Of a stretch of DNA of 64,000 nucleotides, positions 7,885 to 18,667 are shown piece after piece. The stretch lies in assembly GCA_027450205.1 (NCBI GenBank), contig DAIDJL010000002.1, positions 205,007 through 269,006 on the forward strand. Direction: 5' to 3'. A program made the translations under genes and the position numbers. Within the stretch, counting starts at the first letter, position 1. Each line of letters opens with the position of its first letter. The stretch is from Candidatus Parcubacteria bacterium. GTDB lineage: Bacteria > Patescibacteriota > Minisyncoccia > UBA6257 > 2-01-FULL-56-20. The notes beneath the pieces were generated by a model. It was not told the origin of the DNA. It did no database searches and was given only the letters and a program-made list of their open reading frames with translations.

Positions 7885-8484
7885 ATGTCCAAATTCTCGC
7901 GTCGCACCAAGATCATTGCGGCTTTCATCATACTCGTGGCGCTGGGATATGGGCTTGCCATCTTTTGGCAATCGCAGAACAAGGTGCCGGCGGACTTCAC
8001 CGCGGCACGGCTTCAGGGGGCGATCATCGCGCAGACGATCGTCAATACATCCAATCAGTCCACTGCGGCGCTCGAACAGATAAATAAATACGATCAGCAG
8101 GGCAATTATACCGCCGCGCTCGCTTCAACGACGGACCTTATCAATCAGAGCGCGGGGTTGCGCGACGAAGCGGTGCAGTTGTCCGCGCAGGTGAGCCAGA
8201 TGACGAAGGATCTCTCGAGTATCAACTCCGGCGCCGCACAGCAGGCGGCATTGGAATCCATTTCGAGCCGTCTTGCGCTCATCAACGAGCTTATCACGTA
8301 CAGCAACGATCTCGACCGCCTCCTCACCGTTCTCCAGGCGCGGTTTAGCGGCACGCTCGAACCGAATGGCGTCGTGCAGGGATTGGTGAACCAGATCAAT
8401 ACCGATGTGAATGCGATCAACAATTTCAATGCGCAGGCCGGGCAGGCGATGGATAAATTTGATTCGATAGAGAAGGGAAATTAA
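7885..8484 (+). CDS. Membrane-anchored helical hypothetical protein
   Basis: N-terminal TM helix, Q/A/N-rich coiled coil. Confidence 0.75.
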   Translation: MSKFSRRTKIIAAFIILVALGYGLAIFWQSQNKVPADFTAARLQGAIIAQTIVNTSNQSTAALEQINKYDQQGNYTAALASTTDLINQSAGLRDEAVQLSAQVSQMTKDLSSINSGAAQQAALESISSRLALINELITYSNDLDRLLTVLQARFSGTLEPNGVVQGLVNQINTDVNAINNFNAQAGQAMDKFDSIEKGN

Positions 8485-8730
8485 TAAAGAAGCTTCTTGT
8501 ATTTCTTCTTTTTTTAGGCGGCGGCGCGCAGCGTTCCGGCTTGCTGGCTGGCCGCCTCGGCGCTCGCCACTCACCACCCTGTGGCTCCGTAGCGCCCTTC
8601 AAAACATAAGAACATCCTTCTTTACTTCCCTCCGTCAATCTTTTATTCTGAACCAGTGGATGCGTTTGTAGCTCAGCGATAGCGTTGCTTCTCAAGGCAA
8701 CGGGATAAAGAATAGAAACGCAGCATTCAG

Positions 8731-8802
8731 GGGCGCGTAGCTCAATGGCAGAGCAGACGTCTTATACACGTCCGGTTCCAGGTTCGAGTCCTGGCGCGCC
8801 CA
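8731..8802 (+). tRNA. tRNA-Ile (TAT)
   Basis: Cloverleaf GGGCGCG...CGCGCCC-A; anticodon arm GACGT-CTTATAC-ACGTC. Confidence 0.9.
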
Positions 8803-8820
8803 CAATTTCTCTTTTTAGGT

Positions 8821-10650
8821 TTACGCCGCGATCGGCTTGATCTTGAACGGTTTTAGTACGGCGTTGAAGTCATCCTGTTCCAATACCTCTTTTTCGATCA
8901 ATGTGTCGGCGATCTTTTTAAGCGCAGCTTTATGCGTCTTTAATATTTTCTCCGCTATGTCATGTGCGTGCATAAGGAGTTTGCGTACCTGCTCGTCAAT
9001 TTCGGACGCGACACGCTCGGAATAGTTCTTTTCGTTGGATATTTCCTGGCCGAGGAACATCATCTGTTCTGTTTTGCCGAAAACGATAGGGCCGAGATCG
9101 CTCATGCCGTATTTGACCACCATGCGCCGCGCAAGCTCGGACGCTTCCTTAAGATCGTTCGACGCGCCGGTGGAAATATCGCCGAATGTAAGCTTTTCCG
9201 AGACATATCCGCCCATCATCATTGAAAGATCGGCAAGAAATTGATTGCGCGTCTTAAGATGCTGGTCTTCGCTGGGGAGCTTCATGGTATAGCCTCCGGC
9301 GAAGCCCCGGGAGATGATGGAAACTTTTTGCACGGGGTCGGCATCTTTGACCGATGCTGCCACAAGCGCATGGCCGCCTTCGTGATATGCGGTGATCTCT
9401 TTTTCTTTTTGCGAGATGACACGGCTCTTGCGCTCCGGTCCCATGATCACTTTTTCCGCCGCCTCGAGCAGCTCCGGCTGGCCGATCGATTTCTTGTTAT
9501 GCCGCGCGCTCGCGATGGCGGCCTCATTCATTAAGTTTGCAAGGTCGGCGCCGGAGAATCCCGGCGTGCGTGCCGCGACGCGGCGGAGGTCTACGTCCTT
9601 CTCGAGCGTCTTGCCTTCGGCGTGGATCTTTAATATTGCTTCACGGTCGTTCATGTCGGGGAGATCAAGGATGACGCGGCGGTCGAAACGGCCCGGGCGG
9701 AGCAGCGCCGGGTCGAGGATATCAGGGCGGTTCGTGGCGGCGAGGACGATGACGCGCGTGTCGCGGTCAAAGCCGTCCATCTCCACAAGGATCTGGTTCA
9801 GCGTCTGCTCGCGCTCATCGCTGCCGCCGCCCATGCCGGCGCCGCGCTGGCGGCCGACGGCGTCGATCTCGTCAATGAACAGGATCGCCGGCGCGGCGCG
9901 CTTGGCTTGCATGAAAGCGTCGCGCGTGCGTGATGCGCCCACGCCGACGAACATCTCTACGAATTCGGATGCGGAGATATAGAAGAAGGGAACATTGCTT
10001 TCGCCTGCGACTGCGCGCGCGACGAGCGTTTTGCCTGTGCCCGGAGGGCCCATCAAAAGAATACCGCGCGGGATGCGTGCGCCGAGATCAAGGAATTTTT
10101 GAGGATTTTTTAAGAAGTCCACAACCTCGATCAATTCCTCTTTTGCTTCCCTTAACCCCGCGACATCCTTAAAAAAGACCCGGTCTTTGACGTTGGAAAG
10201 CTTAAGGTTGGAACGGCCGAAGTTGAACGCCTGATTGACGCCGGTCTTCGCCTGGCGGAACATGAACCAGAACAGGATGCCGATGATAAGGAGTGTCAGT
10301 ATCGGATCGACCAAAATACCCGCCCAAAACTGCCATCCGGATTGGTTTACCACCTGGAGATCCACGGTTTGCAGGGCTTGCTGGTTTACGCCAAGATTCT
10401 TCAGCGTGTCGGAGATCCCGGACTCTGCCTCTTTTTGCGCGATCGCCGCACTGCCATCCGTCATGGTGATATCAAGTTCGTTGCCGTTCACCTTGATCTG
10501 CTTGACCTGGCCGGCGTTGATGTCCGCCACGAGCTGGTCAAGGTTAAGTGTCTTCGGCTGGGTTTGCGGCCCGACGAAATAGGAAAAGACGAGCGAGATG
10601 ACGATCAGTGTAATGACCGCCCAAATGATATTTTTGGTAAGGTTGGACAT
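8821..10650 (-). CDS. ftsH: ATP-dependent zinc metalloprotease FtsH
   Basis: Two TM helices, GPPGTGKT Walker A, FIDEID, RPGRFDR, HEGGH. Confidence 0.98.
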   Translation of the reverse strand: MSNLTKNIIWAVITLIVISLVFSYFVGPQTQPKTLNLDQLVADINAGQVKQIKVNGNELDITMTDGSAAIAQKEAESGISDTLKNLGVNQQALQTVDLQVVNQSGWQFWAGILVDPILTLLIIGILFWFMFRQAKTGVNQAFNFGRSNLKLSNVKDRVFFKDVAGLREAKEELIEVVDFLKNPQKFLDLGARIPRGILLMGPPGTGKTLVARAVAGESNVPFFYISASEFVEMFVGVGASRTRDAFMQAKRAAPAILFIDEIDAVGRQRGAGMGGGSDEREQTLNQILVEMDGFDRDTRVIVLAATNRPDILDPALLRPGRFDRRVILDLPDMNDREAILKIHAEGKTLEKDVDLRRVAARTPGFSGADLANLMNEAAIASARHNKKSIGQPELLEAAEKVIMGPERKSRVISQKEKEITAYHEGGHALVAASVKDADPVQKVSIISRGFAGGYTMKLPSEDQHLKTRNQFLADLSMMMGGYVSEKLTFGDISTGASNDLKEASELARRMVVKYGMSDLGPIVFGKTEQMMFLGQEISNEKNYSERVASEIDEQVRKLLMHAHDIAEKILKTHKAALKKIADTLIEKEVLEQDDFNAVLKPFKIKPIAA

Positions 10651-10790
10651 GGGAGAGTTAATTAATGTATTACAATTATATGAATATTTCCTTACATGGT
10701 CAAAGATCTATGAATAAAAACTCCGTCATTTGTCGGGAAGAGCAAGGCTTTGGAAGCCCGTTTCCCGGGGTAAATGGCGTTTAGGGCGCA

Positions 10791-12551
10791 TTATCGCGCC
10801 GCGCGCAACGCGTTGAAGATCACCGCCACATCGATGCATTCCTGCAAAATAGCTCCGGTGACCGGAGGAATATAGCCGAGCGCCGCAAACATCATGCCAA
10901 CAACAGAAAGTCCGATGCCCCATATTATGCTTTCCTTCGCGATGCGCGTGGAGTCGTTCGCGATAAGAAGGATGGAGCGTACCCGCTCGATATCATGGCT
11001 GAGGATCGCGACCGATGCCGCTTCTATGGAGGCGCTGTTCTCGGTGCCGGAGAAAACTACGCCAACATCAGCGAGCGCGAGCGCGGGTGCGTCGTTCAAT
11101 CCGTCGCCGACCATCATCACCTTCCCCCCTCCGGCCTGTGCGGCTTTCACGATCGCAAACTTGTCTTCCGGGAGGCAGTGCGCGTGGATCGTTACGCCGA
11201 GATCTCCGAAAAGCCGCTCCGCATTCTCTTCTGAGTCGCCGGTAAGGATGGCGACCTTATAATATTTTTTTAATTGTTCGAGCAGCTTCGCGGTGCCGCC
11301 TTTTATTTGATCATCAAAGATGAGCCGCCCTGCGAGCGCGGCACCGGCGTACACATCGACAGCGATGCCATCAGCTGCCCTGGTACCCCTGGATTTTTCG
11401 ATGTGAAACACCGTGCCGTTGACCGTACCCGTGATGCCGTCACCGATCTTTTCAATGACGTCCGTTGCGGCATAGCTCGCCATGGCTTCGGAAAGGCCGC
11501 GTGCAGCCCTAGCCTGGACGACGGCCTTTGCGAGCGGGTGCAGGGAATGCAGTTCGATCGCCGCCGCCGCCGCGATGATCGCTTCTTCGGAAAATCCCTG
11601 TGCGAGATCTCTCACTTCCCGCAGGCGAGGCTCGCCGAGCGTGAGCGTCCCGGTCTTATCAAAAAAGATGGTCGTGATCTCGGAAAGCGTCTCGAGCGCT
11701 GCGGGCTTCTTTACCACGATATTTTTTCTTGACGCTTTATTGAGCCCGCCAAGGAAGCTTACCGGCGCGGCGATGAGCAGCGGACATGGCGTCGCCATCA
11801 CGAGCACGCCGAGCAGATTGCTCCACTGATGCGAAAAAAGATATGCGCCGGCGGCGAGCAAGAGTGTGATCGCCGTGAAGCCATAGTTGTAGCGCTCTGC
11901 CAGGCGTACGGTCCGCGCCGGATGTGCTTTCGCCTCTTGTACCAACCCCACGATCTTTTGGTATGTGGAATGCGAAAAATCCCCGACCACGCGCAATTCG
12001 ACGGATGATCCAAGATTGATGAGCCCGCTTTTTACGAGTCGGCCCTTTTGGTATTCTTGCGGTTCCAGCTCTCCCGTGAGGTTCGCTTCGTTCATCAGTG
12101 CGTGTTCGGAGGCAAGATATCCATCGAGCGGAACGATCTCCTCTGGCCGGATGAAGATAATATCACCCTCTTTTATATCGCGGATGCCGCGCGTTTCAAA
12201 TGTGCCGCTATCGGTCTTTACCTGGCAGGCCTTGGGTATCTTCTCGACGAAATTTTTGAGCGCGGCCTCCGCCTCGCGCGAACTGTATGCCTCAAGCGCC
12301 TCGCTTACGAGGATCATAATGGAGACGACCGCTCCGGCGATAAGCTCGTTCGTTGCGAGCGAGACTACCATTGCGAGGATGGCGATGTAGTCCAGCGAAT
12401 ACTGCCGCTGCCACATCTTTTTTACGGAATTATGTACGAGCACAAAAAGACCGATGCCGATCGCGGCAATAAAAAACAGGGAACGAAGTCCCGTTGCAAA
12501 TCCCGCGATGGTGAGCAGGAAGACGAATGAAGGGAGATAAAATTCCGCCAT
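10791..12551 (-). CDS. Heavy-metal P-type ATPase, P1B-5-like
   Basis: DKTGTLT, TGE, HP, GDGLND; TPCPL and QExxD membrane motifs. Confidence 0.9.
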   Translation of the reverse strand: MAEFYLPSFVFLLTIAGFATGLRSLFFIAAIGIGLFVLVHNSVKKMWQRQYSLDYIAILAMVVSLATNELIAGAVVSIMILVSEALEAYSSREAEAALKNFVEKIPKACQVKTDSGTFETRGIRDIKEGDIIFIRPEEIVPLDGYLASEHALMNEANLTGELEPQEYQKGRLVKSGLINLGSSVELRVVGDFSHSTYQKIVGLVQEAKAHPARTVRLAERYNYGFTAITLLLAAGAYLFSHQWSNLLGVLVMATPCPLLIAAPVSFLGGLNKASRKNIVVKKPAALETLSEITTIFFDKTGTLTLGEPRLREVRDLAQGFSEEAIIAAAAAIELHSLHPLAKAVVQARAARGLSEAMASYAATDVIEKIGDGITGTVNGTVFHIEKSRGTRAADGIAVDVYAGAALAGRLIFDDQIKGGTAKLLEQLKKYYKVAILTGDSEENAERLFGDLGVTIHAHCLPEDKFAIVKAAQAGGGKVMMVGDGLNDAPALALADVGVVFSGTENSASIEAASVAILSHDIERVRSILLIANDSTRIAKESIIWGIGLSVVGMMFAALGYIPPVTGAILQECIDVAVIFNALRAAR

Positions 12552-12618
12552 ACCATCCCATTATACATCTGCACCATGCAAATGCCGTTGCGCCGCCCGC
12601 GCGGAGTATACTTAATGG

Positions 12619-13167
12619 ATGAACAAAAAAAGATGGGCGGGCGCGGCGGCGGTGCTTGCGGTCGGTATTGGCGCGTATGTTCTTTTTGGAATGCACCGAC
12701 AGGCCAATGCGCCAACCATTGCGGCATTCGATCCGCTTGGCGCGACATATACGATCGACGGGCAGCCGGTCGCCCTGGCCAATGGCAGGTCGCAGGTGCC
12801 AGCTGCGCCGGGATCCGCGACGCAGGTGACAACCGTGGTATTCGGACAGCCCGCGGTCGGCGATCTGAATGGCGACGGAAGAGCCGATGCCGCTGTCATC
12901 CTCCAGCAGGACTCCGGTGGGAGCGGAACGTTCTATTATGCCGCTGTCGCCATCAACACTGCGGCGGGCGCGCGGGGATCGAATGCTATCCTCCTTGGCG
13001 ACCGCATTGCTCCTCAGAATATTTCCATTCAGAATGGGCGGGTCGTCGTGAATTACGCCGAGCGTAATCCCGGAGAACCAATGACCACGCCGCCCTCGCT
13101 TGGCGTGACAAAATATCTTATCTATCAAAATTCGGCGCTCGTGGAAGCCTCTTCGTCGGGCCAATAA
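12619..13167 (+). CDS. Secreted/membrane-anchored hypothetical protein
   Basis: Signal-like N-terminus; GDLNGDG...GGSGTFYY motif. Confidence 0.75.
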   Translation: MNKKRWAGAAAVLAVGIGAYVLFGMHRQANAPTIAAFDPLGATYTIDGQPVALANGRSQVPAAPGSATQVTTVVFGQPAVGDLNGDGRADAAVILQQDSGGSGTFYYAAVAINTAAGARGSNAILLGDRIAPQNISIQNGRVVVNYAERNPGEPMTTPPSLGVTKYLIYQNSALVEASSSGQ

Positions 13168-13210
13168 TTTTGTGCTCGTCGACTGCGCCGCTGGCGCATT
13201 GCGTCACTCA

Positions 13211-13780
13211 CTATCGTATCCCCGTGTCGCAGCTGATAGCGACGTTCTTGGCGTCTCCCGCGGCGATGGCGACGAGCTGCTCGTTGCACCGTGGATATGC
13301 TGATGAGGCCGGGGCATAAAAAAGATATTCACCGGCGGGAAGTGAAACGCTGAACGTACCCGAGGCGCTGCTCTGGATGGTCATGAGCGGCGTGGGGGTT
13401 TCGATGTTTTTGGAAACTGCGATCAACGTCTGATACGCGCGCGGGGCGCAGGCGGGGTCGGGCGGGATCCGTTCCACAGGGCACGTCGGCGAGAGTGAAA
13501 TAGTTCCATTTATGACGCCGTTACCCGGCGTTGGCGCGGGCGTTGAGCTTGTCGAGGATGTGGTGTTCGTCGCGCCGGGACATGCAGCAAACGCGCAGTT
13601 CGGGCCGGTACGGCCTACGTAGCTACCGTCGGGGCAAAGCATTGTCTCCTGCGTGCATGCCATGTCACCGCCAGGCGGCGGATTTGAGAAAATACCTTTT
13701 TGGAAAATAACGTACGACGTGGCGATGACAATAATAACGACGCCGATCCCGACGCCAAAAAGAAGCATCTTATTGTTCAT
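13211..13780 (-). CDS. Membrane-anchored Cys-rich protein
   Basis: ACTxExxLCPDGSYVGRTGPNC repeat plus PTCPVE...CDTGIR domain; paralog at 44097..44597. Confidence 0.8.
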   Translation of the reverse strand: MNNKMLLFGVGIGVVIIVIATSYVIFQKGIFSNPPPGGDMACTQETMLCPDGSYVGRTGPNCAFAACPGATNTTSSTSSTPAPTPGNGVINGTISLSPTCPVERIPPDPACAPRAYQTLIAVSKNIETPTPLMTIQSSASGTFSVSLPAGEYLFYAPASSAYPRCNEQLVAIAAGDAKNVAISCDTGIR

Positions 13781-13817
13781 GCTGTAAGTATACCAAGTAT
13801 GACGATCGTAGCCGTCT

Positions 13818-14117
13818 CTAGTCGTCGTTTTCGCGGTGCTGCACGATCGTTGGGGGAGGAATCGGCGCAGGGGCTGGGGTTGCTGTCGGTGCGGAGGTTG
13901 GCGTAGAGGTTGCCGCTGCCGTGCTTGCCGGCGATGCGCTCTCTTGCGCAGAGACGTTGCCTGTTGTCGTGCTCGTTATGGATTGCGGCGCAGGCGTGAT
14001 CGGCTGGACCCCTGCGGCGTTCCCCCGCAGAAATGCCGCTGCCGCGATAAGGCAGATGAGGAGGGCTGTGTTTACAACAAAGAGATAATTGTCGCTTGAT
14101 GGTCGCTGTGTTGCCAC
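13818..14117 (-). CDS. Small membrane-anchored low-complexity protein
   Basis: TM helix followed by a P/T/A-rich tail; follows the oxidoreductase; start uncertain. Confidence 0.5.
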   Translation of the reverse strand: MATQRPSSDNYLFVVNTALLICLIAAAAFLRGNAAGVQPITPAPQSITSTTTGNVSAQESASPASTAAATSTPTSAPTATPAPAPIPPPTIVQHRENDD

Positions 14118-14133
14118 GATATTAAAAACTATA

Positions 14134-15651
14134 TTACGCGAATCCCGGGAAAAAGTCACTCTTTATCTTAAAGCGCGAAACCCCCATATCGCGGAGCGTC
14201 GTCTCGAACGCGTCGACCATGGTGTGCGGTCCGGAGATATAAAACGTGCGGTCGCGGTAATCGGGGATCTGTTGCCGGATGAGGTCCGCGCTAACGGGCC
14301 CATTATACGTTCCCGGTACGGGGGTCTTTTCGTTGGTGAGCGCATAAATGGTCTTTATGCCGAGTTCGGTTTCCGCGCGATCAAAAACATCTTTATATGC
14401 GATGTCGCCGGCATTCCTGTTGGAATAGAACATGACGATGGGCCGCCGTTCTTTTTTATCAAGAAGATATTGGACCATGCTGCGGAACGGCGTCACGCCG
14501 ATGCCGCCGGCAATGAACACAAGTTTCTTGCGCGGATCTTTCGGGAGCGTGAATCCTCCTGCGATGTGCGCTGCGGAGATCTTGTCGCCGGCCTTCATTG
14601 CAGCGAGTGCTTGTTTGAATGTGCTGGATTGCGGATAGAATTTTACGCCGAGGTGTACGGAGTCTTCGGTCGGCGAGGAAGCGATGGTGAAATAACGCCG
14701 GTTTCCGCGATTATCCGGATAACGGTGTCCGAGAGTCCATTCCATATATTGCCCCGGCGCGAAAGAAAGCCTTCTGTCGGGTGCGAATATGAAATGGTAG
14801 ACGTCCTTTGCCACTTCTTCTATCTCTACCAGGGTGAGCATGAATCGCCCTTTGGGACTTACCGCATAGGAAAAAATATTACCAAGGAGCAGCGCGAGTT
14901 CGGGGCTGAAGTAGAATGATCCAATATGGACATTGGGTGCGAAGAATAACCCCACCAGTGCGCCGTATGCGATGCGGAGCGCGCGCGTAGGCGGTGTGGT
15001 AAGCGGTTCGGTAAGCATTACGAATGCAAAGAAGAAAAACGATGAACGGAGCAGGGTTTCCATGATCGGCGTCACATATCCGCCCGTCGGGCTTGTCAAT
15101 GCGACTGCTATGAGGGAAACGGCGGCAAAGCTTGCCACAAGGTCGAAACGCTGGACCTTCCGCACGATAAGCAGGCCGCCCACGAGTACGAAGGGCAGGA
15201 GCGGAAGATTTCCGGCGACCCACCATGTCGCCGACTGGCCGATGACGAGGGCCGAAAGCGCCACGCCGAACGCCGCAGGATTAAAAAGATGTTTTTTCCC
15301 GATCGCAAAAAGATATTTTGACGCCATCGCCCACGCCGATGCGAACACGAGGAAGCCGACGCCGGCGCTGTTTCCTGCAGTGACGGGAGTGATGATGAGG
15401 GCCAGGATGAGCGCGGTGATGTAGACTGATTCCACGTTCGTCACCGCATCAAAGATCTTTGCGCATATCCAGTTTGTTGCCCAGGAGACGGCGATGATAA
15501 CGATGGTTGAAAATGCGAGCGCGGTCGGATCGTAGGGAAGTATTCCGAAAAAGCCGAATACGAACGCGATGCCGAGAAGCGCCACAAGGTAATAGAGCAC
15601 GAGGCGGTACATCGTGACCCGATTGAGGAGATTATCTACCAAAGAGATCAT
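14134..15651 (-). CDS. RnfD/NqrB-like membrane domain fused to FNR-type FAD/NAD(P)-binding oxidoreductase
   Basis: KHLFNPAA and MLTEPLTTP membrane motifs; RRYFTIASS, AGGIGVTPF, YISGP. Confidence 0.9.
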   Translation of the reverse strand: MISLVDNLLNRVTMYRLVLYYLVALLGIAFVFGFFGILPYDPTALAFSTIVIIAVSWATNWICAKIFDAVTNVESVYITALILALIITPVTAGNSAGVGFLVFASAWAMASKYLFAIGKKHLFNPAAFGVALSALVIGQSATWWVAGNLPLLPFVLVGGLLIVRKVQRFDLVASFAAVSLIAVALTSPTGGYVTPIMETLLRSSFFFFAFVMLTEPLTTPPTRALRIAYGALVGLFFAPNVHIGSFYFSPELALLLGNIFSYAVSPKGRFMLTLVEIEEVAKDVYHFIFAPDRRLSFAPGQYMEWTLGHRYPDNRGNRRYFTIASSPTEDSVHLGVKFYPQSSTFKQALAAMKAGDKISAAHIAGGFTLPKDPRKKLVFIAGGIGVTPFRSMVQYLLDKKERRPIVMFYSNRNAGDIAYKDVFDRAETELGIKTIYALTNEKTPVPGTYNGPVSADLIRQQIPDYRDRTFYISGPHTMVDAFETTLRDMGVSRFKIKSDFFPGFA

Positions 15652-15664
15652 GTGGGTTTATTGA

Positions 15665-16228
15665 TTATGCTTTGGCCTGCGCGAGCGCCGATGCAAGCGA
15701 TTGCTGGAAGGCGATGCTTGTATCGGTCGCGCCGGAAACAATGTTCACGTTCGCGCTTTGCGCCTGGATGGCTTCCTGCTGCAGGTACGGCATTGCCTGT
15801 TGGTTAATATAGACGGATGTGCTGTGGGTGTCCGGATATTGGAGGAATTGCACGCTTGTGAGTCTGCCGTTTTGGATGGTCGCTTGGACCTGAACAAGGC
15901 CGTAATAGGCGTCGGCCGCCGATCCGGTATAGGTTCCGTTAACATACTGCCCTGCGGGTTTCGGGGCGGGAGTTGGAGCCGGAGCAGGCGTAGGCTTTTT
16001 CGCCGATGCGGAGGCTAGTTTTTGCGGCGTGGATTTTACCGCCGTCGGTGTCGGTGTTGGCACCGGGGCGCTCCCACTGCCGGCACTGTCGGCGATAGGC
16101 GAACTGGTTTGCTGTGTCGTTGCGGAAACGGCCGTTGTGGGGGCTATGGGCGCTGCGTTTTGATTGGCAAATAAGACATAAAACGCCGATGCCGCCACAA
16201 GTCCGAATGAAAAAAAAGCCTTCTTCAT
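15665..16228 (-). CDS. Extracytoplasmic FMN-binding (flavinylated) protein
   Basis: Signal anchor, P/T/A linker, GTYTGS...YGxVQV...IVSGATxTS. Confidence 0.9.
   Translation of the reverse strand: MKKAFFSFGLVAASAFYVLFANQNAAPIAPTTAVSATTQQTSSPIADSAGSGSAPVPTPTPTAVKSTPQKLASASAKKPTPAPAPTPAPKPAGQYVNGTYTGSAADAYYGLVQVQATIQNGRLTSVQFLQYPDTHSTSVYINQQAMPYLQQEAIQAQSANVNIVSGATDTSIAFQQSLASALAQAKA
15685..15829 (-). repeat. Near-identical inverted copy of 22018-22162
   Basis: About 145 bp shared by the two FMN-binding genes; only a few mismatches seen. Confidence 0.85.
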
Positions 16229-16241
16229 GGTTCTTATCCAC

Positions 16242-16306
16242 TAATACGCGACGCGGGGGCATTTTAGTGCGCCCTATGAATTATTTTTCCAGCGCGTGGC
16301 GTATTA
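16242..16306. promoter_or_regulatory. Divergent pair of putative ECF-sigma promoters
   Basis: Minus: GCACTA-16-CGTATTA. Plus: GAATTA-16-CGTATTA. Confidence 0.6.
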
Positions 16307-16320
16307 TATAGGATATTACC

Positions 16321-16923
16321 ATGAGCTCGAGTATTATTACGATGATGGCAGTCGATGATGGCGAGAGAGCGGAAAATTCCAATGCTTCCGGCGCGACCGA
16401 CGAAACCCTTGTTTCGCTCGCGCTCATTGATGACCGCTATTTTGAAGTGCTCGTCGAACGGTATGAGCGGAAGCTGCAGCATTATATCATGCGATTCATC
16501 AACTGCAGCGAGCAGGATGCACAGGACATCATCCAGGATGTTTTCATCAATGCGTACCGGAACCTGAACGGGTTTGACACCGGTCTGAAGTTTTCGTCGT
16601 GGATATACCGGATCGCGCATAACCAGGCGGTGAATCATCTGCGGCGCATCGCTGCACGGCCGACGGTGATCATGGACGACGAAGCGTTCGACGCGCTCGC
16701 GTCGGAGTTAAACGTTGAGCACGATGTCGGAAAAAACATGGAACATGCGGCGCTCCGCGCCGCGATCGGGCGGCTCGATGAAAAATATCGGGAAGTGATC
16801 GTGCTCCGTTATTTGGAGGGTAAGAGCTATGATGAGATATCGGATATTTTGCGAAAGCCGCGAGGAAGCGTCTCGTCGCTCATTACGCGCGCAAAAAAAC
16901 TTTTAAGAACATCGTTGCCGTAG
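16321..16923 (+). CDS. ECF RNA polymerase sigma factor
   Basis: DAQDIIQDVF, FSSWIYRIAHN, region 4 SYDEISDIL. Confidence 0.95.
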   Translation: MSSSIITMMAVDDGERAENSNASGATDETLVSLALIDDRYFEVLVERYERKLQHYIMRFINCSEQDAQDIIQDVFINAYRNLNGFDTGLKFSSWIYRIAHNQAVNHLRRIAARPTVIMDDEAFDALASELNVEHDVGKNMEHAALRAAIGRLDEKYREVIVLRYLEGKSYDEISDILRKPRGSVSSLITRAKKLLRTSLP

Positions 16924-16933
16924 CGAAAATCCA

Positions 16934-17353
16934 ATGTCCGAAACCAGCAAGAAAATAATAGAGACGATCCATGAGCGGCACATCACGCACCGCCCGAAAT
17001 GGTATTTCTTCATTAGAAACGCTTTCGTGTGGGCCGCGCTCGTCGGATCGGTGTTCCTGGGCGCTCTCTCCTTCAGTATCGAAGAAACGGTGATAGAGAA
17101 GGGCATCGGCCTAAGCTGGTTCCCCGGTATCCCGTTGCTCTGGGTCGCATGCACGGCGCTCTTTGTGGTGCTCGCGTTCCTTAACCTGCGCCTTACCAAA
17201 GAAGGGTATCGGTATCGGGCGGTATGGATCATCCTCGGCCTTTTGCTCGTTGTCGCCACATTCGCACTGCTCTTTGGGCGGGAAGGCATCGGCGAACGGG
17301 CGGAATCGGTGATGGAACGTGCTTCGTTCTATCATGTTGCAGGAGAGCAATAA
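16934..17353 (+). CDS. Membrane protein, putative anti-sigma factor
   Basis: Three TM helices, directly after the ECF sigma gene. Confidence 0.6.
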   Translation: MSETSKKIIETIHERHITHRPKWYFFIRNAFVWAALVGSVFLGALSFSIEETVIEKGIGLSWFPGIPLLWVACTALFVVLAFLNLRLTKEGYRYRAVWIILGLLLVVATFALLFGREGIGERAESVMERASFYHVAGEQ

Positions 17354-17377
17354 GAGCTTCGCCATATCACGGATCAC

Positions 17378-17406
17378 GCATTAATTCCCCGGCACCCCGC
17401 GTAATA
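17378..17406 (+). promoter_or_regulatory. Putative ECF-sigma promoter
   Basis: GCATTA-16-CGTAATA. Confidence 0.55.
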
Positions 17407-17506
17407 ATAAATACAGAGATATGAACGCCGGTCACTCTGGCGTAATAATAGCCTCTTTTTAAACATCCGCTGCGCTTCCGGTGCGGACGGGGGTCATCTT
17501 AAAAAA

Positions 17507-18667
17507 TTGCTTACAGAAAAAATAAAGGATAACGGCCGCAGGCGGTCGTTTTGGAAAAAATGGCTATCTCTGGGTATTGGCGGCGCGATGCTTTTGTTGG
17601 TCGTTGCCGTGCTTTTTATCAAGCTTGATACTGCCGCCGCGGCGAATTTCACCGACCAAGTGCTGCGCCCCGTGATCGGAGACAGCCAGGTGATCTCTCT
17701 GGAGGGGCTGTTCTTCAATATTTCCGACAAGGTCAACCAGATCACATATCGGTTTATAAAGCCCGCGAATTCGTTCATTTTGAACGGCAGCGTGGCTATT
17801 TCGGCTTCCGATACTGCTGCGCAGTCGTCTGCATTGAACTTGTCGCCCCTGTCGGTTGCGACCGCCAGCATCTCGGCTGGAGAAGGAATATGGCGAAATA
17901 TTCCCCTAAGCTTGTTCCCGAACAATATCGTTCTTGCGGATACGTTCATTACTCCGGACCCCGCACGTCCGTATGCTTTTGTGACATTGGCACAGATGGA
18001 TATGTCCCGGCTGCGGCTTTGGAGTGTGGCAGGAACGCAGGAACCGGGTGGCAAGGTGGGAAAACCGGGGCCAGGCGTTATTCCCCGTAATGTCCAAGCC
18101 CAGGGTACGCTCGTCGCGGCGTTTGATGGGGGGTTCCAATATCGCGACGGGCAATATGGTATGGTGGTGGGGAACACTACATACCTGCCTCTTAAGAAAG
18201 ATCTGGCGACGCTCGTCGGGTATAATGATGGCCGGCTGGCCATCATAAAATACGAGGGGCAGGATCTGGGTGGTGGCGTCGCGTTCGTTCGTCAAAATTG
18301 TCCGATGCTTATCGAGAATGGGATCATTGAAACGCAGAACGAGGCAAATAGGAAGCTTTGGGGGCGGACGATAACCTCAAGCATCTATACGTGGCGGTCG
18401 GGGATCGGGATCACTGCAAAAGGAAATTTGATCTTTGCGGTAGGCAATTCGCTGGTTCCGTCAACGCTCGCCGCGGCGCTCGCTTCAGCCGGGGCGGTGG
18501 ATGCCATGCAGCTTGATATCAATCCATATTGGGTGCGATTCAACACGTTTAATAACTATGCCAATGGCGCGTATGCGCACGCAACAATAATGAACGGGGT
18601 CTTTGACGGATCGTATAATTATCTCCATGGATATCAAAAAGATTTTTTTTATATCACAAAAAAATAA
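17507..18667 (+). CDS. Phosphodiester glycosidase (NAGPA-like) family protein
   Basis: TM anchor; AAFDGGF, RQN, WRSGIG, AMQLDIN. Confidence 0.75.
   Translation: MLTEKIKDNGRRRSFWKKWLSLGIGGAMLLLVVAVLFIKLDTAAAANFTDQVLRPVIGDSQVISLEGLFFNISDKVNQITYRFIKPANSFILNGSVAISASDTAAQSSALNLSPLSVATASISAGEGIWRNIPLSLFPNNIVLADTFITPDPARPYAFVTLAQMDMSRLRLWSVAGTQEPGGKVGKPGPGVIPRNVQAQGTLVAAFDGGFQYRDGQYGMVVGNTTYLPLKKDLATLVGYNDGRLAIIKYEGQDLGGGVAFVRQNCPMLIENGIIETQNEANRKLWGRTITSSIYTWRSGIGITAKGNLIFAVGNSLVPSTLAAALASAGAVDAMQLDINPYWVRFNTFNNYANGAYAHATIMNGVFDGSYNYLHGYQKDFFYITKK

Noticed and set aside
8731-8802. tRNA-Val(TAC) reading of this tRNA
   Set aside because: The 5-bp stem GACGT/ACGTC centres the loop on TAT, and a proper tRNA-Val(TAC) exists at 59255-59329.
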